DNA of 64,000 nucleotides from an uncultured Nitrososphaerales archaeon (lineage in GTDB: Archaea > Thermoproteota > Nitrososphaeria > Nitrososphaerales > Nitrososphaeraceae): positions 1,248,001 to 1,312,000 of the forward strand of contig CAVOHZ010000010.1 in NCBI GenBank assembly GCA_963695855.1, in the 5' to 3' direction. This document shows, in pieces, positions 47,127 through 56,172 of this stretch (the first letter of the stretch is position 1; every line of letters begins with the position of its first letter). Under the pieces are notes generated by a model, which was given only the letters and a program-made list of their open reading frames with translations, did no database searches and was not told the origin of the DNA. Position numbers and translations under genes: made by a program.

Positions 47127-47681
47127 CTAAAAATTTTTATCCTAATCCTTTCTTATTTTCATTGTTATTATTGTGTTGGGAACCAGAAAACTAAACAGTC
47201 TTCATAAAGTGGACCAGGTTAGAGTTATCCAGTTAAATGAACAGATATATCAGAGATAGAGAAATCATTTTAATGAGTTTCACTGTGGACCCGAAGATTT
47301 ATGCAATAATAAAGTTACTACGTATGAGGATATAATTATCAAGATATTAGACTTTTACGAAGAAAGGAATCAAGTCTTATTAGTTACCAAAAAAGTTCTC
47401 TATTCTTGAACACTTAAATACTAACACTTAAATAACTGTGATGGTATATTATAGTTAACACCGAAATCTCTATAATGTATTTTTGCGGCACTAACCTTAT
47501 TAAATCTAATGCAGAGAGAAAAAAAGAAGTATATGACATAACCTATGGAGAATCTTCACGCCCATTTGGTGGATAAATTTCAAGAACAAAATAATTAAGT
47601 GTTATAACAGTAGTAAATAAATAAAAAATAAGATTATAATATATAACCTTTGTAGTTTTTATTGTCTGGTTTCTCTAATGT

Positions 47682-47750
47682 AGGAACCTTGACGATACTA
47701 TCAGAAAACTACTAGATTTTTATGATAGTAAGGAGAAATCACAGAAATGA
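47682..47750 (+). pseudogene. RHH paralog remnant (C-terminal helix only)
   Basis: RNLDDTIRKLLDFYDSKEKSQK*, ATGA-coupled to 47747. Confidence 0.65.
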
Positions 47751-48259
47751 CTACTAGCGACGACGACAATAATAACAATAACGATGAAGAAGGTAAGGTA
47801 ATTCTGGATGAAGAAGGTCTGGTAATTCTGGATGAAGAAGGTCAGGTAATAATTCTGGACCCTAAGCGTAATAAGGTAATTGAATTTGTATTCGAACAGG
47901 GCGGTAAGGAAGGTAGTAGAAGAATATACATTGATGAAAAATGTCGTTGGTATTGTATAGCGGCTTCTCTGAAAGATGCGAAAGAAGGTAGGGGTAAATT
48001 CTATAAATATACTGATTTGGGCAGAAAATTATTGTTGGAAGTTTTCGCTGAATTAGATAAAACAGGTCATTTTAATGATAAAGCGATCTATAAATATACT
48101 GATTTGGGCAGAAAATTATTGTTGGAAGTTTTCGCTGAATTAGATAAAACAGGTCATTTTAATGATAAAGCGATAGAAGAAGATTACTTCTCTGATATTG
48201 TGGTTAGAAAGTGTATTGATATGATCAAAATCAAAAATGACCTATCAGATCTTAAATAA
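47747..48259 (+). CDS. Hypothetical protein with internal tandem repeats
   Basis: Three DEEGxVI(I)L units and an exact 29-aa duplication. Confidence 0.7.
   Translation: MTTSDDDNNNNNDEEGKVILDEEGLVILDEEGQVIILDPKRNKVIEFVFEQGGKEGSRRIYIDEKCRWYCIAASLKDAKEGRGKFYKYTDLGRKLLLEVFAELDKTGHFNDKAIYKYTDLGRKLLLEVFAELDKTGHFNDKAIEEDYFSDIVVRKCIDMIKIKNDLSDLK
48001..48174 (+). repeat. Exact 87-bp tandem duplication
   Basis: CTATAAATATACTG...GATAAAGCGAT repeated at 48001 and 48088. Confidence 0.95.
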
Positions 48260-48384
48260 AATTTCAATTTTATTAAATATTTAATATTTTTTTATATGCA
48301 ATATAATTTTTTAAATATACTTTTATTCTAATCTTCTTTTATTTTCTTTGTATAGGTGGTAGTGGTCCGTAACGTGGTGGCTGA

Positions 48385-48555
48385 TTGGGTAGAGTTGTAG
48401 CGGAAACAAAAGAAGGGAAATTAATTCAGATAGAAAATGAGACTTTTGAAAGAATGAAGGGAAACAGTGTACAATATGGGAAAGTAGAATCTGTTGACGA
48501 GATAATGAATAGACTACTGGATTTTTATGACAGTAAGGGAAAATCACAGAAATGA
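48385..48555 (+). CDS. RHH paralog (56 aa, TTG start)
   Basis: KLIQIENETFERMKGNSVQYGKVESVDEIMNRLLDFYDSKGKSQK. Confidence 0.75.
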   Translation: MGRVVAETKEGKLIQIENETFERMKGNSVQYGKVESVDEIMNRLLDFYDSKGKSQK

Positions 48556-48644
48556 CGTTTGGAGTGATTGAGCAATGGGTTATAGTAATTGCTCTTATTA
48601 CTGCAGCAGTTTGCTATATATCGGCAAGTAAAATGTGGGATTGA
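48552..48644 (+). CDS. 30-aa single-TM microprotein
   Basis: MTFGVIEQWVIVIALITAAVCYISASKMWD; ATGA-coupled to the RHH gene. Confidence 0.5.
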   Translation: MTFGVIEQWVIVIALITAAVCYISASKMWD

Positions 48645-48744
48645 TCAAACGGCAAGAACAAAACTGAACGCAATAAAGAATAAAATCTAAAAATTACAAG
48701 ATTTGCAAAATCTTATATCATAGGTTTTTAATCTATAAGTCGAA

Positions 48745-48903
48745 ATGTCAGTAGGAAAGTCATATAGATTTGAGGAAATCAAGTTATTTTGTTCGGATTG
48801 TAAGGGAGATAATGATCTAACTGGAGAACTTACAATCTATAAGGGAGATTTAGTTTGTAAACAATGCTTAGAGAGTAGAAAGGAACCCCAATCAACCTTC
48901 TAA
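48745..48903 (+). CDS. 52-aa zinc-finger microprotein
   Basis: CSDC...VCKQC. Confidence 0.6.
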   Translation: MSVGKSYRFEEIKLFCSDCKGDNDLTGELTIYKGDLVCKQCLESRKEPQSTF

Positions 48904-48960
48904 AAATTTTTATCCTAATTTTCTTTATAAATAAAAGTACTGGCTAGAAGATATGCAGGG

Positions 48961-49149
48961 TTGGGTGTAAGTACAAGGTTACGTGTTGTAAGTACTAATG
49001 GTAAGAGTAGCAGTAAGAAGAAGGTTGTTATGAAGATATCAGAGAAGACTTTTGAAAGGTTGAAAGAGAATAGTTTTCAGTATGGTGAAGTGGAATCTTA
49101 TGACGAGATTCTTATCAGACTATTAGATTTTTATGAACAAAGAAAATAA
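48961..49149 (+). CDS. RHH paralog
   Basis: VMKISEKTFERLKENSFQYGEVESYDEILIRLLDFY. Confidence 0.78.
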   Translation: MGVSTRLRVVSTNGKSSSKKKVVMKISEKTFERLKENSFQYGEVESYDEILIRLLDFYEQRK

Positions 49150-49178
49150 ATAAAAAAGGAGGTTGCTCCTTTGACATG

Positions 49179-50077
49179 CTAATTTCCGACAGGGAAAGAC
49201 TCTCCATTTATTTTAAGGACCGAGGAGGTTGAGATAGAAGATGCGTCCAACTCTTGGATTGTAATTGAATTTGTTGCTGTACAGGTCTGTGTTTGTCCCG
49301 CCGCTATTGTTCCCGTTGTTATGAAAGCACTGATGACTTCATCACAATCTCCTGTATATGATACAATAAGAATGGCTTGGCGGGGTGGATCGTCATGAGA
49401 TTGTATCCAAGCAATGACTTCGGTGATGTACTGCCCGAAATCTTCTATTACTTGATAATCACCTGGATTCAACGTTACGACTGTTCCACTAGTAGAACCG
49501 GGAAATTCAGAAGATGGATTTGGATTGTTACCATTCACTTGGAAAGGAAAATCACTTTCATCTACCGTTGATAGTAGGTCTTCACAATCACCTTCAATTT
49601 CGTCTGTACAGTCAATTTGTTTAGCAACCGTCAAAGTCGTTGGTGGTGGTAATTGTACCTGTTCGTTGTCATTCACATTTACACATATATTTACAAGATT
49701 CCTGTCGAAGTTTATTTTATCGAGTCCGTTACCATTTTGTGCGTTTGCTGCGTCTGGACCTGCTGTTCCTTCGTTCGCTGCTGCAGTAGCAGTAGTGTCT
49801 TCAGGTATTTGGGTAATATCTATTCCATTGACATTTATGTTACTGTTTACACAGGATATTTTCTGATATCTCCATGAGAACTCTTTTTTTGATGGTTATC
49901 ATAACTATATCTATTGCCGTCTTGGTAATAGTTGCTATCATATCCGTAATGATTGTCGTACATTTGTGCACCTGCGTTTGTAATTGTTGAAAGGTTTAGA
50001 GCCAGTATACTTGTCGCTAGTATTGCTCTCAGTATAGAAGCAAAAACTATAATTCTGTTGTTATTATTATTGCTCAA
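49179..50077 (-). pseudogene. Secreted protein, frameshifted near 49862
   Basis: Signal-peptide ORF 49847-50077 continues in another frame (KISCVNSNINVNGIDI...) into ORF 49179-49676. Confidence 0.7.
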
Positions 50078-50316
50078 TACATTGTTAAATACGAATTTAA
50101 TATATCCTAGGTTGGAAGGAACATTATCTAATCTTGTAATATTTCAAGATTCTGAATGATTGACAAGAAGAAGAATAGAAAATGATGTTAAGGTAGAAAG
50201 TTAAAACTCCTAGATAGAAAATCATACGAGAACGACAAGTAATATGGGTCGAGTAACAATTAGACTAATTAAATTTCGTTAAAAAAAAGAAATAGATGAT
50301 GGTTGGAGTAGGTGTT

Positions 50317-51108
50317 TTACACTGGAGGGAAAGTACCTACAGTCCTTAGACAATCAACAATCGCATCTATATCTGCCTGTTCTATACTAGCAATACTATC
50401 AAGTTCCGATCTAAGGGCTTGTTCATTTTTGAATTGGTCAAGTATTGCACAATATCCGTCAAGATTCCGTGTTGGAAATCCTGCTAAGAACGTTGCTAGA
50501 TCCGCTTCTTCTTGGTCGTCTAAGATACTTGTAAAGCATTCTTGACATGTTTCTGGGGGTGGTGGGAATAGTACTGGTAATAATGCTTTTTCGAAACAGT
50601 CAAAGAGACCTCTTACAACTCTATCGATATTTGTATTTGTTTGTAATAGTACAGCATCTTCTATTATTTTCAATGCATCTACAGGAGTTACTGTCTCAGT
50701 TACAAGAAAATCAAGAGCAAGTTCTAGGTTTTTACAAATATCAAATAGTTGTGCGGTATTATACTCAGCGTCAGGTGATCCGGTCGTTAAACATGTTGCT
50801 CCCGAAACTGTTGGTTCGGTATCATCTACACAATTAATACTATCAAAATTAACAAAATTTATTGCATTAATCAATGCATTAAGAAGGGTACCTGTTTGTG
50901 CAGCATTCAAGAAATGTAACCAATACTTTACACATTCTTCACATATTATTTGTTCATCCGTTAACTCAGGTGGAAGTACTGTCGGGGGATCTGCTGAAGC
51001 TTGATTAGTGGATACCTGCATTGCCGATATCGGCTTTGACATGTTCATAGTGGTTGCCAAAAAAAGCATAACTACTAGAGAGAGACCTAAGATATTTGAT
51101 TTGTGCAT
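50317..51108 (-). CDS. Secreted Cys-rich hypothetical protein
   Basis: Signal peptide; repeated CEEC / CQEC helical units. Confidence 0.78.
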   Translation of the reverse strand: MHKSNILGLSLVVMLFLATTMNMSKPISAMQVSTNQASADPPTVLPPELTDEQIICEECVKYWLHFLNAAQTGTLLNALINAINFVNFDSINCVDDTEPTVSGATCLTTGSPDAEYNTAQLFDICKNLELALDFLVTETVTPVDALKIIEDAVLLQTNTNIDRVVRGLFDCFEKALLPVLFPPPPETCQECFTSILDDQEEADLATFLAGFPTRNLDGYCAILDQFKNEQALRSELDSIASIEQADIDAIVDCLRTVGTFPPV

Positions 51109-51885
51109 TGTTCTTTTACTATTTTATATATATATTAATCTAAGGACACATTTTTCTCTAAATTTATGACAAAAATTATTTTGAGTCAGTTACTTTAAAA
51201 TAATCAAGAATATAATATAATAGAAATCTTATAAAAAGATTAAAGTTTAGATATTTCTAGTATTTTCATTAATTAATTTATAGCTGTTATTATTACAGAT
51301 ATCTTTTTCATCATCTTGATAGTTAGTCTTATCCTTAAAACTATCTATTTGTTTCTTTGATTTGAGATAATATATTAATTAAGTTCTGATAATAAAAAAT
51401 AAACATATGGTAATAGCATATGTATAGTAGATTCTTATTTCAACACAGCTATCCATTATTGGTATTAGTCTTATATATTAATTATAAAATTGTTGCAATT
51501 GTTTCAAGGTAAGATTAGTGAATAAAAATTTCCACGTTCGCCTGATCTAAAGTAATAATAAAAAGTAGGAAAATTTGGCCGTTTTACTTAATTACATATA
51601 AATTAATTATAAATATGAATTTCTATCCCATAGAAAGAAATTTGAATATACCTTTAATTCCCTGAAAATCAACGGTTATGAAGAGTGCATCTAGGAGAAC
51701 CACAAACGATTATAGTGTCTCTATTAAGGACGTGAATCATCATAGTCATTCTTTTTATACTCATAAATAAATAATATCATTGTGGCTTTTTTACACAAAA
51801 AGAGTGAAAATTATAAAGAATAAAAAATAGTAGATATAATTAGTTCAAAATAGCAATTATAAAAAATAGCACCAAACATATTTTA

Positions 51886-53334
51886 TTATTCACTGGTGAC
51901 GAATTTAACTCCTTTCAACAGCAAACGAAGTGCGTCCAAGTCATCGTTGTGGACACTCACATTTTTGTCAAGGTTCCATTCATTAGCGTAGGCAGTCTTT
52001 AGCGACAGGATTAATCTATCGAATCTGAAAGGTATAGCGAGTTTCTGTTTTGTTAAAAGTTGATATGTATGTTCCAGCATTTGTTTATGTTCTTTTGCAA
52101 AGGATACAGGTATCACAATGTTGAATTCAGGACTCACGTTCTCAGAGCGGTCCCAGTCTAAACTCTCACCGAATTTGGATTTACATTCATTAACTGCAGC
52201 CCGATTACTTCCATCCACAAACCACCATAGATTAGGGATTTCAGTATGGAGTTGAAATATACGATCACCGATTACAGAAGGAGTTGTTTTGTCATGTTGC
52301 TCACCCAGGACGATTTTAACTATTTCATTTTCTGTATCTAATTCTGCAATGTATATAGTTGTAATGGATGTAGAGAAGCCGAAATCGATCCCGCCAATAT
52401 GGAGACAGTAATTATTTAATGGTAAATCCTTGTATTTTTCCCCTAGTTGTACTGCCCTCTCTATGTCTTCAATTGCAAAAACGTTCCCAATTTTTCCTAA
52501 ATATTTTAAATCATATTCTCTATCAAATGAAGGACTTTGCTTTGCTCTCTCTATATCTTCAATAGTATAGATTTTATTCAAGCCATAACGGTAGTCAAGT
52601 TTGATTCTCTTGTATAGACAAATATCTTCAGGTTCCTGTTCTATAGTCTGCATTAATCCCCCAGGTGCATTAGGTGTTGAAACCATAACGATAAAGGGAT
52701 TTGATTTACCAATGTATCTCTCTGCTACCGCTCTTACATCCTCCTGTTCTCCCTTTCTAAAGAAGTCGCATTCGTCCAGGTAGATAAATTTAGGGTTATC
52801 CAATGAACGAAATGAATCGATATGGTTCGAGGGATACGCTTCTATCCTGCACTTCTTTAACTCTAATACAGTTTCTTTAGTATCAAATGTAATATTATGA
52901 AATTTATTCATAAACATATTCTTCATACGTTTTACAAGTTTGATTGCTAAATCTATGTTTGGACCTGTAACTATAACCATTTGTGAATCCTGATAGGTAT
53001 TATCTCGTAATGCAAGATAACACATGTATCTTAAGAATAATTCACTAATTCCTAAACCAGTACTTTTGAGAATCCATAGACACTTATCATATTCTAAACT
53101 ATCTAAAACAATTTTCTCATAATCGAATAATGGTTTTTCAATATTATCTTTTCTTGGAAGTGATAGGATATGATTAAAACAGCAATTACCACTTGTTAAA
53201 ATGTCTTCGTTTCTATGTTCTGTAATATCCCATATCCAGAATGGTTTACCCTTGAATACCTGGAATTCAGAATATTGTGTTTGTTGGTTCTGTTGTCCCT
53301 GGCCTATTAGTTTCTGTAAATCCTTCCAACCCAT
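51886..53334 (-). CDS. terL: Terminase large subunit
   Basis: ATPase: KSTGLGISE, IYLDE (Walker B), VSTP; nuclease: GGIDFG ... DDLDAL. Confidence 0.82.
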   Translation of the reverse strand: MGWKDLQKLIGQGQQNQQTQYSEFQVFKGKPFWIWDITEHRNEDILTSGNCCFNHILSLPRKDNIEKPLFDYEKIVLDSLEYDKCLWILKSTGLGISELFLRYMCYLALRDNTYQDSQMVIVTGPNIDLAIKLVKRMKNMFMNKFHNITFDTKETVLELKKCRIEAYPSNHIDSFRSLDNPKFIYLDECDFFRKGEQEDVRAVAERYIGKSNPFIVMVSTPNAPGGLMQTIEQEPEDICLYKRIKLDYRYGLNKIYTIEDIERAKQSPSFDREYDLKYLGKIGNVFAIEDIERAVQLGEKYKDLPLNNYCLHIGGIDFGFSTSITTIYIAELDTENEIVKIVLGEQHDKTTPSVIGDRIFQLHTEIPNLWWFVDGSNRAAVNECKSKFGESLDWDRSENVSPEFNIVIPVSFAKEHKQMLEHTYQLLTKQKLAIPFRFDRLILSLKTAYANEWNLDKNVSVHNDDLDALRLLLKGVKFVTSE

Positions 53335-53758
53335 TGCTATTCCCTTTAGATAATATTCTTTCCTTTGTTGATTCTACAAATCTTATTGAATCCTGCAGTA
53401 AACCGGCATTAGTTAATAATTCCATTTTAGTAGAATAACATTCTTTAATCAATGCTAATGATTGTAACTTGATTTTTATGTCACCTTCTTTTTCTGCCTT
53501 TTCTGATATTATCCATAATTGTTTATTAATTTCCTGTAATCCCTTCAAACAATTTTGATACTCATAAGGTAACGTTTTCTGTATATGGTTCTTTATGGTT
53601 TCTTCTGCTTCTATCTTCAACTGTGCAACGTCCCTGGATACTGCAGACTTGTCAATAGATAACATGCTTGCAATTTCAGACTGACAAAATCCCTTAATCA
53701 TTAATTCGTCAATTTTGTTTCTACGCCATTCTAACTGTTGTTTCCTAGAAGTTGTCAT
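53267..53758 (-). CDS. Putative terminase small subunit (HTH + coiled coil)
   Basis: QSEIASMLSIDKSAVSRDV HTH; directly upstream of and overlapping terL. Confidence 0.65.
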   Translation of the reverse strand: MTTSRKQQLEWRRNKIDELMIKGFCQSEIASMLSIDKSAVSRDVAQLKIEAEETIKNHIQKTLPYEYQNCLKGLQEINKQLWIISEKAEKEGDIKIKLQSLALIKECYSTKMELLTNAGLLQDSIRFVESTKERILSKGNSNGLEGFTETNRPGTTEPTNTIF

Positions 53759-54235
53759 TCTTAGATTTTCCTTTTCAATAATTATATGGTTTCATTACTT
53801 TTGTCTTTTTCTACTCTGGGAATCATGGGATTATTGTTAGATTTATAGATTTCTAGGAAAAAAATATTGAAAATCAATATCCTAAAAAGATAAGATATTA
53901 ACAAGTTAATAGGTTACAAGGCTTCTTCTGGGGACCTATACGAAAAATATCTTCCAGACTTTGAAAAGATGTTAAAATCGTTCAAGTGGATAGATTGAAA
54001 ATAATTAAAATGATTTTGAATTAAAATAAAAAAATAAAAAAATAAAAGCAAGAAATAACAGGTAAATAAAAATATCTAGAGAATTGAGTTTTGGACCAAG
54101 TTTATTTATTTTAAAGATTTACAAATGAATTATTGATAGAATATTTCATTATGAATATATATCATGTTATTACGATAGGAAAGAGATTGAGAAGAGTTAA
54201 TACGTGCCTCTTTCATTGGTATATTTTCTTTTGCT

Positions 54236-54877
54236 ATGATCTTTTCCTCTATTATGACATATACAGATGAACAAAAGGCATACGGACAATCTAGTAATTT
54301 TACTAAATTTACTTCAAAGGATTTAGAGACAGCAAAGGAGGCAGCAAAACAGGCAAAATTAAGAGAATTTATCTTGGAAATTCAAGGTGTTAGCACAAGT
54401 AATCCACAGGTTACACAATTCCAAATTTCTGGAGATGGTAACAAAATCTGTAGATCTGGCAATTGTAAATATGAATTTGGCACAATAAATATATCATTGC
54501 CAACTGTCGAAAATACTGGTCTTACTCTACGAATAGATTTTCAGTTATATGATCAACAATCACAAAAATGGGAACTATATAGCATGACCAGTCTTTCCGG
54601 TATAAATGAGACAGATATAAGTAATCTAATTTACACATTTAATGAACCTCTAGGATCTCTCAGGTTGCACCCTGCAGAAAGTGAAAATCCAATCGATCAA
54701 TCTCTTGATGAAGATGGATGGTTTAATTGGTGGAATGAAAATACTTGGTATTATGATACAGGACCTGTAGAGTATAGATCAGGTGAAGATCGCTTAATAA
54801 TGACCGGCACTTTCAATGGTCACGACGTCCCGACGTATGATAGTGATGATATACAGGTGATTAAATTATTTGATTAA
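54236..54877 (+). CDS. Hypothetical (probably secreted) protein
   Basis: 213-aa ORF with AYG signal-cleavage-like site. Confidence 0.65.
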   Translation: MIFSSIMTYTDEQKAYGQSSNFTKFTSKDLETAKEAAKQAKLREFILEIQGVSTSNPQVTQFQISGDGNKICRSGNCKYEFGTINISLPTVENTGLTLRIDFQLYDQQSQKWELYSMTSLSGINETDISNLIYTFNEPLGSLRLHPAESENPIDQSLDEDGWFNWWNENTWYYDTGPVEYRSGEDRLIMTGTFNGHDVPTYDSDDIQVIKLFD

Positions 54878-55035
54878 CTAATTCGTTTTTTAGAAAATAG
54901 AATTTTGTTATAATGTATAGCCCTTATAATTTTTATTGTCTTTATCTAGTCTGGGAATATCGACAGGATTATCATTAGTCAGACCTATGTCTTCCATTTC
55001 TTATGATATCTTTGATTGGAATTGTTGGATAAGTT

Positions 55036-56172
55036 TCAATCGTTGCCATTAATTGAAACCCCTATTCCTTTAATGACTAGCAAAGAGTACAAATTACTAT
55101 GATTGGTTTTTATCTTCTGTCTACTCATTGGACCGTACTCTTTGTTTTGTGCGTTTCTCAGTGCTTGATTAATTCTCTTATCGATATACCACCAACCGCC
55201 TAACTTCCTTAATGACTCACATTTCTGCAACCACTCTTTAATAATCTGTCTAACTTCGTTATCCGTTAACCCTTTTATCTTGACAAGATAAGGAACTAGA
55301 ATCAACTCAACAATTTCTTTTCTGCAGTCGTCAACCGGTGTTTCTAATAATCTCTCTATCCAGTTGTAATAATTATGGAAATTATTTCCAAAATTATTAT
55401 TATGATTTTTTCGTTTCCACTTTTCTAATTCCTTTATTTGTTTTTCCTGTTCTAACTCAAAGTCTATCTTCTTTTGTATCAGATATTCGTGAAACATGGT
55501 AAACAGTTCTTTTGTAATTGTAGGACGGTATCCGTTCCATTCCTGTATAATTTTCACTGTAACGTTATTTTTGGAATTAATAGAACCTGGAATCCTTAGA
55601 AGACATGATCTAAAAGACGGATTGTGGGACTTGTCTGCTTTATTGTCCGATAATAAAATTTTTGCAAATCTTAAAAATTCTTCTGCAGGATTACCATTTA
55701 CAATTAGTCTAGAATCTGCAAATTCCCTAAATCTCTGATTTATCAAATAGTCATTTACAGGACAGTTTACAGGTTGTATTACGTGATAACCATTACCGGA
55801 CCATAGGACGGTAGGTTTTGTGTTTTTACCAAAATATTTCGAAATATTTCTTAGTATGTGAGCTTTCGCAATATCTAACTCATTCTTTCTAGATTTGAAG
55901 TCCGATAAATCCAAGTCAATGAAAAACAAATCTGGAATCCAGGATTTACCGTCTCTCAATAATGGAAATGCGTTAATTCTACAATCTATGAACTTGGAAT
56001 CTAAAAATGCTATTATTATCTCGTCCATATTGTCAACTTGGAAAGTTCTGTTACTGGATTCGTATGTTGAGATTTTACGTGGAAATACAGGTTTTGAAAG
56101 GTGATTTAAAATAAAGTCTAAATCTTGGGATTCAGATAATTCCTTTCTTGAAATGGTTTCTAGGGTTGTCAT
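55036..56172 (-). CDS. Archaeo-eukaryotic primase fused to a PriX-like C-terminal domain
   Basis: FIDLD (motif I), SGNGYH (II), LRIPGSIN (III); C-terminal WIERLL.TPV.D.RK..V.LIL.PYL. Confidence 0.78.
   Translation of the reverse strand: MTTLETISRKELSESQDLDFILNHLSKPVFPRKISTYESSNRTFQVDNMDEIIIAFLDSKFIDCRINAFPLLRDGKSWIPDLFFIDLDLSDFKSRKNELDIAKAHILRNISKYFGKNTKPTVLWSGNGYHVIQPVNCPVNDYLINQRFREFADSRLIVNGNPAEEFLRFAKILLSDNKADKSHNPSFRSCLLRIPGSINSKNNVTVKIIQEWNGYRPTITKELFTMFHEYLIQKKIDFELEQEKQIKELEKWKRKNHNNNFGNNFHNYYNWIERLLETPVDDCRKEIVELILVPYLVKIKGLTDNEVRQIIKEWLQKCESLRKLGGWWYIDKRINQALRNAQNKEYGPMSRQKIKTNHSNLYSLLVIKGIGVSINGND

Noticed and set aside
48001-48174. Diversity-generating retroelement TR/VR pair
   Set aside because: Copies are identical and adjacent, with no adenine-specific mismatches and no reverse transcriptase.
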